Position numbers and translations under genes: made by a program. The notes beneath the pieces are model-generated. The model ran no database searches. It was not told the origin of the DNA and saw only the letters and a list, made by a program, of their open reading frames with translations. DNA of 64,000 bases, from positions 512,001 to 576,000 of the forward strand of contig JBOEGF010000018.1 of NCBI GenBank assembly GCA_050633305.1, given 5' to 3'. Each line of letters starts with the position of its first letter. Within the stretch, counting starts at the first letter, position 1. Positions 17,624 through 27,515 of the stretch are shown piece by piece. This DNA is from Nannocystales bacterium (GTDB lineage: Bacteria > Myxococcota_A > Polyangia > Nannocystales > Nannocystaceae).

Positions 17624-19207
17624 ATGTCGAAGAAGACGGTGGTGCTCTCGATGTTGGGCTCGACGCTCGACAAGGGTACGGGAGTGCGTCGGTGGGAGCG
17701 GTGGCGTCCGACGGTTGACCTGCATCGCCACGAGGACCTCGTGGTCGACCGCTTGGAGCTTCTGGTCCCACGTCAGGCGAAGAACCTCGCTGCGCGGATC
17801 GTCGAAGACATCGCCTCCGTCTCGCCGGAGACGACGGTGCGTGTGCACTCCGTGGACTTCTCCGACCCTTGGGACTTCGAGGAGGTCTACACGGGATTGC
17901 TGGACTTCGTTCGCGGGGAGACGTTCGCGACCGCTCGGGAGGACTATCTGGTCCACATCTCGACCGGCACCCACGTGATGCAGATCTGTTGGTTCCTCCT
18001 GACCGAAGCGAGGTTCGTGCCCGGGCGGATCCTGCAGACCTCGCCCGAGGCGGGCAACCGAGGACCCGGGCATGTTCGGATCATTGACCTCGACCTCTCC
18101 AGCTACGGAGCGATCCGCACCAGGTTCGAAGCCCAGCAACGCGACGATGTCTCGTTCTTGAAACAAGGGATCGAGACGCGGAACGTCGCCTTCAACCAGC
18201 TGGTCGACGAGATTGAGACGGTCGTCATGCGGTCCCGGGCACCGGTCTTGCTCACGGGCCCCACGGGGGCCGGCAAGACCCAACTGGCGCGGCGAATCCA
18301 CGCGCTCTTGCAGGAGCGCGGGCAGGTCGAGGGACGGCTCGTCGAGGTGAACTGCGCGACGCTGCGGGGAGACCAGGCGATGTCGGCGCTGTTCGGCCAC
18401 AAGCGTGGTGCGTTCACCGGGGCCGTTCGCGACCGCGCTGGCGTACTGGTGGAGGCCGACCGAGGCATCGTATTCCTCGACGAGATCGGAGAACTCGGGC
18501 TCGACGAGCAAGCCATGCTGCTCCGGGCGATCGAAGACCGACGATTTACACCCTTGGGCTCCGACCAAGAGGTCCACAGCGCGTTCGGGCTGATCGCAGG
18601 GACGAACCGAGACCTCCGGGAATGCGTTCGGGCGGGCTCGTTCCGCCAAGACCTGCTCGCGCGAATCGACCTGTGGACGTTCGCGCTGCCCGGTCTCGCG
18701 CAACGGCCCGAAGACATCGAGCCCAACCTGGACTACGAACTCGAACGGTACGCCGGGGAGCATGGACGGCGAGCCTCGCTTACTCGGGTTGCGCGGACGC
18801 GGTTCGTCGACTTCTCGACGTCCGTTGACGCACCGTGGCCGGGCAACTTCCGAGACTTCGCGGGCGCGGTGATCCGGATGGCAACGCTGGCCCCCCGCGG
18901 CCGAATCACGCCGGGGGTCGTCGCGGACGAGGTGGCTCGTCTGAAGGGTCGTTGGGAAGGGAGCGAAAACACCCGCTTCCCACGGGTGCGGGCGGTTCTT
19001 GGCGAGGAGGGGGCCGAACTCGACAGGTTCGATGCCGCTCAACTCGAGGAGGTCCTGCGGGTCTGCGAGTCGAGCGCTTCGCTGTCGGCGGCGGGCCGCA
19101 CTCTCTTCGCTGCATCGAGGGCGCGGCGACGGTCCGTGAACGATGCAGACCGACTCCGGAAGTATCTGGCGAAGTTCGATCTGGAGTTTGCATCGCTTCG
19201 AGTTTGA
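17624..19207 (+). CDS. rtcR: Sigma54-dependent regulator RtcR (CARF + AAA+)
   Basis: RWERWRPTV, DPWDFEEVY, TGTHV.QIC, GPTGAGKT, GAFTGA, NDADRLRKYL; divergent from rtcBA. Confidence 0.95.
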   Translation: MSKKTVVLSMLGSTLDKGTGVRRWERWRPTVDLHRHEDLVVDRLELLVPRQAKNLAARIVEDIASVSPETTVRVHSVDFSDPWDFEEVYTGLLDFVRGETFATAREDYLVHISTGTHVMQICWFLLTEARFVPGRILQTSPEAGNRGPGHVRIIDLDLSSYGAIRTRFEAQQRDDVSFLKQGIETRNVAFNQLVDEIETVVMRSRAPVLLTGPTGAGKTQLARRIHALLQERGQVEGRLVEVNCATLRGDQAMSALFGHKRGAFTGAVRDRAGVLVEADRGIVFLDEIGELGLDEQAMLLRAIEDRRFTPLGSDQEVHSAFGLIAGTNRDLRECVRAGSFRQDLLARIDLWTFALPGLAQRPEDIEPNLDYELERYAGEHGRRASLTRVARTRFVDFSTSVDAPWPGNFRDFAGAVIRMATLAPRGRITPGVVADEVARLKGRWEGSENTRFPRVRAVLGEEGAELDRFDAAQLEEVLRVCESSASLSAAGRTLFAASRARRRSVNDADRLRKYLAKFDLEFASLRV

Positions 19208-19277
19208 CGGCCGAGCGAAGTGGCCGGGATACCGGACACGTGTGGGCCCCGACTCTTGCGTGGTAGCGTGCAATCCC

Positions 19278-19976
19278 GTGGATCAGCCGAAGGCGACCGT
19301 CCTGTGTATCGACGACGATCCCGCGGATCTGGTGCTGATTACACGGACGTTGATGCTCGGGCTTCCGCGGTCCTACGACTTCCTGGTCGCGGAGAGTCTC
19401 GAAGCCGGGTACGAAGTCTCGCGAGAGTGGGGAGTGGACTTGGTGGTTGTGGACCTCGGTCTTCGTTTGAGCTCCGGGTCCCAGACGGTGCGCCGTGCGG
19501 TGTCGTTGTTTCCCGCGATTCCGATCGTTGTCCTGACCGGGAACAAGATCGCCGGGGTTGGAAACCTTTGTATCGATGAAGGGGCAGAGGACTTCGTTCC
19601 GAAAACTCGGCTTGCGACCGACCTGGCGCGAGCGGTCGAGTTTGCAATTCGTCGTCGCCGGGTCTCGGAGGCGCAGCAGGCGAGCTTCGCTCGGATCGTC
19701 ACCAGGCTGACCGCCGCCTTCCCGGCCACCGAAGACATCGATGGGGCGGTGCGGGAGGTCCTGCTTCAGAACCTCCACAGTGCGGTCGATGGGGAATCAC
19801 GGGCGGACACGCTCAGGCGCGTCCGCCGGGTCGCAGAGCTGCTGCACGCCGAGCAGATGTCTCCGATGAAACTCCTGGGCCTGTTGTTTGCCTCAAAGGA
19901 CGGCTCGGCCGACACTGGAAACGTGGCCGTGGCTCTCCTCGCGGAACTCGGGCAAGCCTACTTCGAGCAGCCCTGA
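19278..19976 (+). CDS. Response regulator (receiver + helical output)
   Basis: IDDD, VVDLGL, IVVLTG, GAEDFVPK. Confidence 0.8.
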   Translation: MDQPKATVLCIDDDPADLVLITRTLMLGLPRSYDFLVAESLEAGYEVSREWGVDLVVVDLGLRLSSGSQTVRRAVSLFPAIPIVVLTGNKIAGVGNLCIDEGAEDFVPKTRLATDLARAVEFAIRRRRVSEAQQASFARIVTRLTAAFPATEDIDGAVREVLLQNLHSAVDGESRADTLRRVRRVAELLHAEQMSPMKLLGLLFASKDGSADTGNVAVALLAELGQAYFEQP

Positions 19977-20013
19977 TCGGTGGCGCCTGCGGTCGCGCCC
20001 GCGAGACTCCGGG

Positions 20014-20421
20014 TCAGAAACAGGCACGTGTGGGGCCGGCGTCCGTGTCGACCTCCTCGCATCGCATGCCATCGGGGCACGGGAGTCCGTCGCCGCAGTC
20101 GATCGCGCAAACGCGGGCGCCCGTGGGGAGTCCGATGTCGAGACAGAAGGCGCGACCCAGATCACCCGGATCGTCGGGGCAGTCGCTCGGGTCGTTCGGT
20201 CCCGCACATTCTCGGGTGCAATAGCCGTCTTCGCCGGATGGGAACACGCAGTACGGCAGTGGCGCGCACGCGTCGGGCGTGCCGCATGGAGAGTAGACAG
20301 CCCCAGGCGTGTCCGGTTGGACCCCCACATCGTCGTCTGTGTCTGCGGTGGATGCCGCGGGGAGCTGGCTTCCGCAGGCCCACAGGGCTACGGCGAGGGG
20401 AACGAAGGCAAAGCGCTGCAC
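20014..20421 (-). CDS. Cys-rich lipoprotein
   Basis: Lipobox LWAC followed by many Cys residues. Confidence 0.65.
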   Translation of the reverse strand: MQRFAFVPLAVALWACGSQLPAASTADTDDDVGVQPDTPGAVYSPCGTPDACAPLPYCVFPSGEDGYCTRECAGPNDPSDCPDDPGDLGRAFCLDIGLPTGARVCAIDCGDGLPCPDGMRCEEVDTDAGPTRACF

Positions 20422-20539
20422 CAGCAGCGTGATACGGCGGACCGGCCCAAGGGTTCCCGAAGACGGTGGTATCGCGGCGCAATCGCGTTGTCGCTGCGCA
20501 GCCGGGCTTGAGGCCTGCGAGGTTGGTATGCTTTGGGCC

Positions 20540-21025
20540 ATGGCCGAACAAAAGGTGGTGGCGCTCGAGCGCGCAAAGCCCGATCCGTCGGTTCCCGAAG
20601 GCGCGACGTTGGGCTGGATCGTCCGGGTGGACGATGATGGGGTTTGGGTTGACACCGAGGACAACTCTACAGGCCCACTGCTTTCACTCAGCGTCGTGGC
20701 GCTGTCCCGGGAAGACCTCGAGGCGGCGATCTCCGACCGCCGGGAGGCTGTGTTGTTGTTCGTCGTCGCCACTGGCCAGCCCGTGTTGCTCGGGCTTCGG
20801 CAGCCGCTGCCCGCGCTCGAGGCGAAGCTTCCGACCGACGACATCGCTGCGGCTGTTGACGGCAAGCGTGTCCACCTCGAGGGGCAAGATGAGGTCGTGC
20901 TTCGGTGCGGCAAGTCCAGCATCACAATGCGCCGCAATGGTCGTATCGTGATCCGAGGCGTTCAGGTCGAATCGCGAGCCACGGGCCGCAACCGCATCAA
21001 GGGCGGCGCTGTCCTCATCAACTGA
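20540..21025 (+). CDS. DUF6484 domain protein
   Basis: C-terminal DGKRV...EVVLRCGKSSIT...G.....G....SRATG.NRIKGG.V.IN. Confidence 0.8.
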   Translation: MAEQKVVALERAKPDPSVPEGATLGWIVRVDDDGVWVDTEDNSTGPLLSLSVVALSREDLEAAISDRREAVLLFVVATGQPVLLGLRQPLPALEAKLPTDDIAAAVDGKRVHLEGQDEVVLRCGKSSITMRRNGRIVIRGVQVESRATGRNRIKGGAVLIN

Positions 21026-21040
21026 GGCCTGAACACGCCG

Positions 21041-22393
21041 ATGACCGAGACACGGTCCGACACGATCCTTTGGGACGTGGTCGAAGAACATCTCGACGAA
21101 GCCGAGTTCCTTGCGGAGACTTGGCACGTCAATCTGGATTCTCCCGCGTACCTCCGCGAGGAATTTGAACAAGGTCCCCAAGAACGCCTGCTCGCCCATG
21201 TCGACGGGCTTGTGGTCGGTGGCGAGGAGGTTCGCGCCGAGCTGCTCGAGCCAGCGCTGGCCGACGAGGACACGGAGCGGTGGCGTGCCGCCGCCGTCGC
21301 TCTTTCTCTCCTGTCGCATCCCAACGTCCAGTTTGCCGCTCCGCTGTTCGACGGTCTCGACGAGCGCCCCGAGGAGGTTCGGCTCGGCATCGCAGATGCG
21401 CTCGCGATGTCGTCGCGTTCGGACCTCGACGTTCGGATCACCGATGCGCTCCGACGCGGCGGCGAGCCGGCCCATCTCACGGCGTTGGCCACGGTCGGCG
21501 GGATGCGGGGCGCCAACCCTGGCAATCTGGTCGATGGACTTCTGCAAGGCGCCGACGAGTCGGGCCGAGCGGCAGCCGTTTCGATGCTTCCCTACGGGGA
21601 CCGTCGGTACCTGAACTGGGTTGAGCATTCGCTCACGGGGACCACCCCGGAGCTGCAATGGGCCGCGGCTCGGGCCGGGTTGGTGATGGGGTCCGGCCCG
21701 GCTTGGCAGCAAGTTGGGCGATGGGGGCTCGCAGACGAACCCGATCCTGAGGCGATGGTGTTGCTCGCCTCGCTCGCGGACCGAAACATCACCCAGCGGA
21801 TCGCAGATCGGGCGGACGACGAGGCGGTGCGTCCGCGCGTATTGCATGCTCTGGGCTACAGCGGGCGACGACTGGCGATGGAAACCTGCCTCACGTGGCT
21901 CGGCGATGAGACCGCGGGGCCGTTGGCAGGGGAGGCCTTCGCCGCGATGACCGGTCTCCCACTCGACGATGACGCGTTCTGGGATGACGTCGAGGATGAT
22001 GACGGCGAGGATGATGAGAACGAGGACGTTGATGACCTCGAAGAAGACCTCGAGGAAGAAGACCTCGACGAAGACCTCGGGGTCTCGGCCGAACAAGAAC
22101 TCCGCATCCCCAAGCCCGAGGCGATCCTCGCGTGGTGGGAGGAAAGGCAATCGCGCTTTGACGCAAAGAAGCGCTACATCGCGGGGCGGCCCGCAGACCA
22201 GGTTGCCATCGCCCATGCGCTCAAGGTGCTGCCGATGCGGCGTCACCACGCGCTGGCCTTCGAGCTGCTCGTGCGCTCGAAGGGGACGGTCAACCTACGG
22301 ACTCGCGCGCTGACGTTCGCATCCACCGAGTTGCTCGCAGGACTCCCGGGCATCCCATATGTGGACGGCAATCGAGTGTACGGCCAGCACTGA
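21041..22393 (+). CDS. TIGR02270 family protein
   Basis: WDVVEEHLDEAEFL, ERLLAHVDGL, AGEAF..MTG, WW......F....RY..G. Confidence 0.85.
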   Translation: MTETRSDTILWDVVEEHLDEAEFLAETWHVNLDSPAYLREEFEQGPQERLLAHVDGLVVGGEEVRAELLEPALADEDTERWRAAAVALSLLSHPNVQFAAPLFDGLDERPEEVRLGIADALAMSSRSDLDVRITDALRRGGEPAHLTALATVGGMRGANPGNLVDGLLQGADESGRAAAVSMLPYGDRRYLNWVEHSLTGTTPELQWAAARAGLVMGSGPAWQQVGRWGLADEPDPEAMVLLASLADRNITQRIADRADDEAVRPRVLHALGYSGRRLAMETCLTWLGDETAGPLAGEAFAAMTGLPLDDDAFWDDVEDDDGEDDENEDVDDLEEDLEEEDLDEDLGVSAEQELRIPKPEAILAWWEERQSRFDAKKRYIAGRPADQVAIAHALKVLPMRRHHALAFELLVRSKGTVNLRTRALTFASTELLAGLPGIPYVDGNRVYGQH

Positions 22394-22443
22394 GGGGCTG
22401 GCCGCGGTTGCCTGGCCCCGGCCCGAGTGACACCCTCGTCGTC

Positions 22444-23079
22444 GTGACCCCTGCAGGCAATGGTCGGTCTCATCGTGTCGTGCTCACCGGCGGGCCCGGA
22501 GGGGGAAAGACGACCGCGGCCGACCTCCTTCGACGTGAGGTCGGAGAGAAGATCGTCGTCGTCCCCGAGAGCGCGACCCTGCTCTTCGGTGGGGGCTTTC
22601 CCCGCGAGTCCGAGCCGGCCGCGCGACGGTCTGCTCAGAACGCGATCTTCCACGTGCAACGCGGACTCGAAGACGTCTACGGTGCGACGTACCCCGATCG
22701 GGTCCTGCTGTGCGACCGAGGCACGGTCGATGGTGCCGTCTATTGGCCCGGGACTCCTGACGAGTTCTTCGAGACCGCTGGCACCACGCTCGAACAAGAG
22801 CTTGGCCGCTACGACCGTGTCCTGTTCTTCGAGACGGCCGCGGTGGGTGGGATCTCGATCGAAGGAGGGAACCCGGTGCGTACCGAGGATCAGGAGCAAG
22901 CGATCGCGCTCGACACGGCGCTGCGCGACCTTTGGTCTCAACATTCGAACTTCACGCTGATCCGCCACGACGGGTCCTTCCTCAAGAAGATCTTCAATGC
23001 CTTGTCCGTGTTGACCGGTGTCGTCGACGAACATGGGAGCGCATCCGCGGACGCGCGGGCTGCGGCTGCGGACGGGTGA
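22444..23079 (+). CDS. AAA_28 (NadR-like) P-loop protein
   Basis: VVLTGGPGGGKTT, VPESAT, LCDRG.VD; start approximate. Confidence 0.8.
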   Translation: MTPAGNGRSHRVVLTGGPGGGKTTAADLLRREVGEKIVVVPESATLLFGGGFPRESEPAARRSAQNAIFHVQRGLEDVYGATYPDRVLLCDRGTVDGAVYWPGTPDEFFETAGTTLEQELGRYDRVLFFETAAVGGISIEGGNPVRTEDQEQAIALDTALRDLWSQHSNFTLIRHDGSFLKKIFNALSVLTGVVDEHGSASADARAAAADG

Positions 23080-23158
23080 GACCACGGTCCCGTAGGCGTG
23101 GAGCCGCGCGTTCCGGCCGCGGATCCGTCGCTAAAAACTGTGTGATAACTTACCTCTG

Positions 23159-25600
23159 ATGCGCTTACCGTTGCGGTCTGCTTCCGTCGTTGTCGTGCCC
23201 TTGCTCGTCGCCGCCTGCGGCGACTCTGCCGCTTCGGGGGAGGCGGGGACCGACGGCATCGACACCCTGTCGAGTGCGGGTCCGACCTCTTCGACCGGAA
23301 TCGCTGATGGGACGGAGACCAGCACGACGCTGGGCGAGGGAAGCTCGAACGCAGATACGGGCAGTGGGACCTCCGACGGATCGGGAGACAACACGACGGC
23401 GAGCGGTCCTTCTTCGGAGACATCGTCGAGCACAGGCGGGGAGGCTGTCTGCGAGACCGTGCTGTGCGGAGCGACGGACGAGTGCTGTGCGACAGACGAA
23501 GAGTGCGTCCTCGGTGCCTGCCTCGACACGTGTGACTCGGGCATTCGGTGCGGCGATGCACAAGACATCTGCTGCGACGGCGGGCAGGTTTGTCTGGGCG
23601 AGCAGTGCGCGGACCCGACGGGTGCCTGCGCGGACTCGTTCGACTGTGAGGACAGCGAGTTCTGCGAGCCGACCCTCGAGCAGTGCCTGCCGCAGTTCGA
23701 CCCGGTTGCGTGCGAGTTGGTGCCCGACTTCGAGGATGTCTCGGTGTTGTTGGAGTGGAGCTACGAGGCCAACGAGATCATCTCGATTCCGGTGGTGGCG
23801 GACATCGATGGGGACGGTGTTGCCGAGGTCGTGGTCAACATTACCCAGCAGGATGGATTGAGCTGGCCCGGTGGCAACATCGTCGTACTCGATGGGCAGA
23901 GCGGTGCCATCGAACTCGAAATCCCGCACGACCCCGACAACGATAGCTGGGGAGCACACGGGCGCTCGACGATTGGGCTCACCGATGTGAGCGGGGATGG
24001 ACTCCCGGACATCATCTACGCCGCGCGTCCTGAGTCTGGAAGCTCGCGCATCGTCGCCGTGGATAGCGACGGCACATTGCTGTGGTCGTCGCATGATGCC
24101 GGCGACGCCGTGCAACGCTTCTCGGTCGAAAACGGCGCCCCGTCGTTCGCCAACTTCGACGACGACGACGAAGCGGAGATCGTCTTTGGTGCTGCGATGA
24201 TCGACGATGATGGGCTGGTCGTCTGGAACCAGGACGGCAACGGAGCTGTGTTTGGGACCAACAACAACTACACCGGTGGTATCTCGTCGCTTGTCGACCT
24301 CACCGGGGATGGCCACCCGGAGGTGGTCTCGGGCGCCCAAGCTTGGTCGGTTGATTGGACAGAGATGGTCGGAATGGATCCGATCGTCAGCGTGACGCCG
24401 CTGTGGGATGCAGGCGGCAGCGACGGCTATCCCGCCATCGCGGATGTGGATCTCGACGGGACGCCTGAGGTGATCCTCGTCGCCAACGGCCAGCTGCGAG
24501 TTCTGGAAGGCGACAGCGGGTTGGCCTGGTGCGGGGTCGACCCCACCGAGGCCATGTGCAATGCCGACCCTGGGCTGCGAACCGCTGCGGTCGCGATCCC
24601 CGGCGGGGGTCGAGGTGGCCCGCCTACGGTGGCGGACTTCGACGGGGACGGCCGGCCCGAGCTGGCCACGGCGGGTGGCGGCTCATACACGGTGTACGAC
24701 TTGTACCGAGCCGGAGAGAGCATCGTGATGGGTGCCACACCGTCTTTGGGTGACGTGTTCGAGCGCTGGTCAGCGACAACCCAGGACCAGAGCAGCAACG
24801 CCACGGGCAGCAGCGTGTTCGACTTCCAAGGAGACGGCGCGGCCGAGGTCGTCTACGCCGACGAGTGCTTCATGCGTGTATACGACGGCGCGAGCGGTGA
24901 GGTTCTGCTCGAAGTCGAAAGCAGCAGCGCGACCATTCACGAGTATCCGTTGGTCGTCGATGTTGATGATGACGGAAACTCCGAGATCCTCGTGGTGGCC
25001 AACGACAGCGGCAACGACTGCACTGGCGTTCCTGGCTACACCGAGCGCCGCGGTGTGTTCGTCTACGGCGACGCCTTCGACCAGTGGGTCGGCACACGGC
25101 AGGTGTGGACCTCTCACGCGTATCACGTCACCAATTCGACCTCCGCCGGTAACGCTCCCGCCGCCGAGGACGATAACTGGCTACAGCCCAACCTGAACAA
25201 CTACCGCCAGAATGTCCAAGGGACGGGGGTGTTCAACGCTCCGGACCTCTCCGTTGACCTCGTCGCCCAACTCGACATGTGCAACGACGGCTTCCTCGAG
25301 GTCGTCGCGACAGTGCGCAACTTGGGCGCGCTCGGAGTGCCCTCGGGGATCGAAGTGAGTCTCTATGGGGGAATGGACGCGATGGGAACGCTCGTAAGCA
25401 CCGAACTGACCGCGATACCGCTGCTGCCCGGCCAGCAGACCCAAGTCTCGTGGGCGGTACCTTTCGCCCAAGGTGACCCCGCAATGGATTTCTTCGTGAA
25501 CGTCGACGGAGCAGATGTCGTGGCCGGCGCGGTCGACGAGTGCGTCGAAGACAACAATGATGCTCAGACGCTGAGCGCAGAATGCTTGTTCCCCGGGTGA
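23159..25600 (+). CDS. FG-GAP repeat lipoprotein with CARDB-like C-terminus
   Basis: Repeated ADxDGDG motifs, SSVFDFQGDG, Cys-rich N-terminus, PDLSV...ECVEDNN. Confidence 0.85.
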   Translation: MRLPLRSASVVVVPLLVAACGDSAASGEAGTDGIDTLSSAGPTSSTGIADGTETSTTLGEGSSNADTGSGTSDGSGDNTTASGPSSETSSSTGGEAVCETVLCGATDECCATDEECVLGACLDTCDSGIRCGDAQDICCDGGQVCLGEQCADPTGACADSFDCEDSEFCEPTLEQCLPQFDPVACELVPDFEDVSVLLEWSYEANEIISIPVVADIDGDGVAEVVVNITQQDGLSWPGGNIVVLDGQSGAIELEIPHDPDNDSWGAHGRSTIGLTDVSGDGLPDIIYAARPESGSSRIVAVDSDGTLLWSSHDAGDAVQRFSVENGAPSFANFDDDDEAEIVFGAAMIDDDGLVVWNQDGNGAVFGTNNNYTGGISSLVDLTGDGHPEVVSGAQAWSVDWTEMVGMDPIVSVTPLWDAGGSDGYPAIADVDLDGTPEVILVANGQLRVLEGDSGLAWCGVDPTEAMCNADPGLRTAAVAIPGGGRGGPPTVADFDGDGRPELATAGGGSYTVYDLYRAGESIVMGATPSLGDVFERWSATTQDQSSNATGSSVFDFQGDGAAEVVYADECFMRVYDGASGEVLLEVESSSATIHEYPLVVDVDDDGNSEILVVANDSGNDCTGVPGYTERRGVFVYGDAFDQWVGTRQVWTSHAYHVTNSTSAGNAPAAEDDNWLQPNLNNYRQNVQGTGVFNAPDLSVDLVAQLDMCNDGFLEVVATVRNLGALGVPSGIEVSLYGGMDAMGTLVSTELTAIPLLPGQQTQVSWAVPFAQGDPAMDFFVNVDGADVVAGAVDECVEDNNDAQTLSAECLFPG

Positions 25601-26808
25601 GCACCGAAACCGAGACAGACCTGCATCCTCCACGCCCGTTTTGGCGACGCTTGGTTCGATGGGCCGGGCTCGCGACTCTCGCCGTTCTGATCGCCATGCT
25701 TGGCCTCGCGACCGTCGTACTGGTCCAGGGGTGGGAGGCGATCGGGTACGCTCCTCGCGGCGAACGGTTGGCGAAGATGAGGGCGTCGCCGCAGTGGGCG
25801 GACGGGGTGTTCGAGAACCCGCAGCCGCTGTGGAACGACGAGATCGGTATGGTCACCGAGTTCGCCGAGTCGGAGCCCAATCGTGTCCCCGACGCGCCAC
25901 TTCCGGTCGACTCCGTGGAGCCCGAACGCTTCATGAAGGGGCCCGCCTCAGGCCTACGGATCACCTGGCTCGGCCACTCCACCTTGCTCATCGAAATCGA
26001 CGGACAGGTGTTGCTGACCGACCCTGTGTGGGGCCCGCGGACGTCCCCGGTGGACTGGTTGGGACCGAAGCGTTGGTATGCACCGCCGTTGGCGCTCGAG
26101 GACCTGCCGAAGCTCGACGCCGTGCTCATCTCGCACGATCACTACGACCATCTCGACTACCCCACAATCGTGGCGCTCGCTGGTCGGGACACGCGGTTCT
26201 TCGCGCCCTTGGGCGTGGGTGCTCACCTCGAAGCGTGGGGCGTTCCCGCGGCGCGCATCGAAGACGTCGACTGGTGGGATGTACACGAGGTGGCGGGTTT
26301 GACGATCACGACCACACCCTCACGGCACGCGTCGGGGCGACAGATCTTGGACCAGAACCGGACGCTCTGGGCCGGCTACGCGATCCGCTCGGAGAACCAC
26401 AACGTGTTCTTCTCGGGCGACACCGGGCTGTTCCCCGGGATGACCGAAATCGGGGAGCGACTCGGGCCGTTCGAGGTGACCATGCTCGAAGTCGGTGCCT
26501 ACGCGCAGGCGTGGCCCGACTGGCACCTCGGGCCGGAACAGGCGGTCACGGCCCACCAGATGCTGCAGGGAGAGAAACTCTTGCCTGTGCACTGGGGGCT
26601 GTTCGACTTGGCCAATCACGGCTGGGCTGAGCCGATGGAGCGCGTGATGGATGCGGCGGCGAAAGACGGCGTGTCGGTGCTCGCGCCGCGTCCGGGTCAG
26701 AGCCTCGAGCCCACAACGGCCGGAGCGCCTCAGCGGTGGTGGCCAGAGCTTCCCTACCGGACTGCGGAGGACTACCCGATCGAAGCGACCAAGATGGGCG
26801 CCGGCTGA
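25597..26808 (+). CDS. MBL-fold hydrolase (RomA/NAPE-PLD-like)
   Basis: WLGHST, ISHDHYDHLD, FSGDTG, PVHWG. Confidence 0.88.
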   Translation: MSTETETDLHPPRPFWRRLVRWAGLATLAVLIAMLGLATVVLVQGWEAIGYAPRGERLAKMRASPQWADGVFENPQPLWNDEIGMVTEFAESEPNRVPDAPLPVDSVEPERFMKGPASGLRITWLGHSTLLIEIDGQVLLTDPVWGPRTSPVDWLGPKRWYAPPLALEDLPKLDAVLISHDHYDHLDYPTIVALAGRDTRFFAPLGVGAHLEAWGVPAARIEDVDWWDVHEVAGLTITTTPSRHASGRQILDQNRTLWAGYAIRSENHNVFFSGDTGLFPGMTEIGERLGPFEVTMLEVGAYAQAWPDWHLGPEQAVTAHQMLQGEKLLPVHWGLFDLANHGWAEPMERVMDAAAKDGVSVLAPRPGQSLEPTTAGAPQRWWPELPYRTAEDYPIEATKMGAG

Positions 26809-26827
26809 CGCTGCTATCCTCCGCGCC

Positions 26828-27499
26828 GTGGCGGAGATCATCGTTCACCACCTGGAAAAGTCTCGTTCGCATCGCTTGCTCTGGATGCTCGAAGAGCTCG
26901 AGTTGCCGTACGAGATGAAGACGTACAAGCGTGACCCGGTCACGATCCGGGGCCCGGATAGTCTCAAGAAGATCCACCCGCTCGGAAAGGCGCCGGTGCT
27001 CGAGGTCGATGGTCGGAGCTATGCCGAGTCCGGTGCGATCCTCGAGCATTGTGCCGAGGTCTTGGGCGAGGGCCGCTTTCGACCGGACGCCCCGGGGGAG
27101 GCGTTCGACCTCTACCGGTACTGGATGCACTACGCGGAGGGTTCTCTGATGTCGCCGTTGCTGGTGCGGCTGCTCATGAGCAAGGTCGAGAGCGCGCCGC
27201 TCCCGTTCTTCATCAAACCTGTGGCCAAAGGCATCGTGAAGAAGGTCGAAGGGGCCTTCACCGCTCCCGAACTCGAGAATCACGCGAGGTTCATCGAGCA
27301 GCATCTCGACGAGCATGCCTACTTTGCTGGCGACGACTTCACCGCGGCGGATGTGCAGATGAGCTATCCGGTCGAAGCATTGCTTGCGCGGGGCCGTGTC
27401 GACGTGAACCAAGACAAGACGCGCGCCTGGTTTAACACCGTGAGCGCGCGTCCTGCCTATCTTCGTGCCGCCGAGAAGGGCGGCCCGGTGATGTTGTAG
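26828..27499 (+). CDS. Glutathione S-transferase
   Basis: SRS.R..W.LEEL, HPLGKAP, ESGAI, FTAAD. Confidence 0.92.
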   Translation: MAEIIVHHLEKSRSHRLLWMLEELELPYEMKTYKRDPVTIRGPDSLKKIHPLGKAPVLEVDGRSYAESGAILEHCAEVLGEGRFRPDAPGEAFDLYRYWMHYAEGSLMSPLLVRLLMSKVESAPLPFFIKPVAKGIVKKVEGAFTAPELENHARFIEQHLDEHAYFAGDDFTAADVQMSYPVEALLARGRVDVNQDKTRAWFNTVSARPAYLRAAEKGGPVML

Positions 27500-27515
27500 C
27501 CCGAGTCGCGGCGGA

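Noticed and set aside
16277..19273. 998-aa ORF suggesting a giant RtcB fusion
   Set aside because: The N-terminal part is the antisense shadow of rtcR; RtcB motifs start only near 17509.
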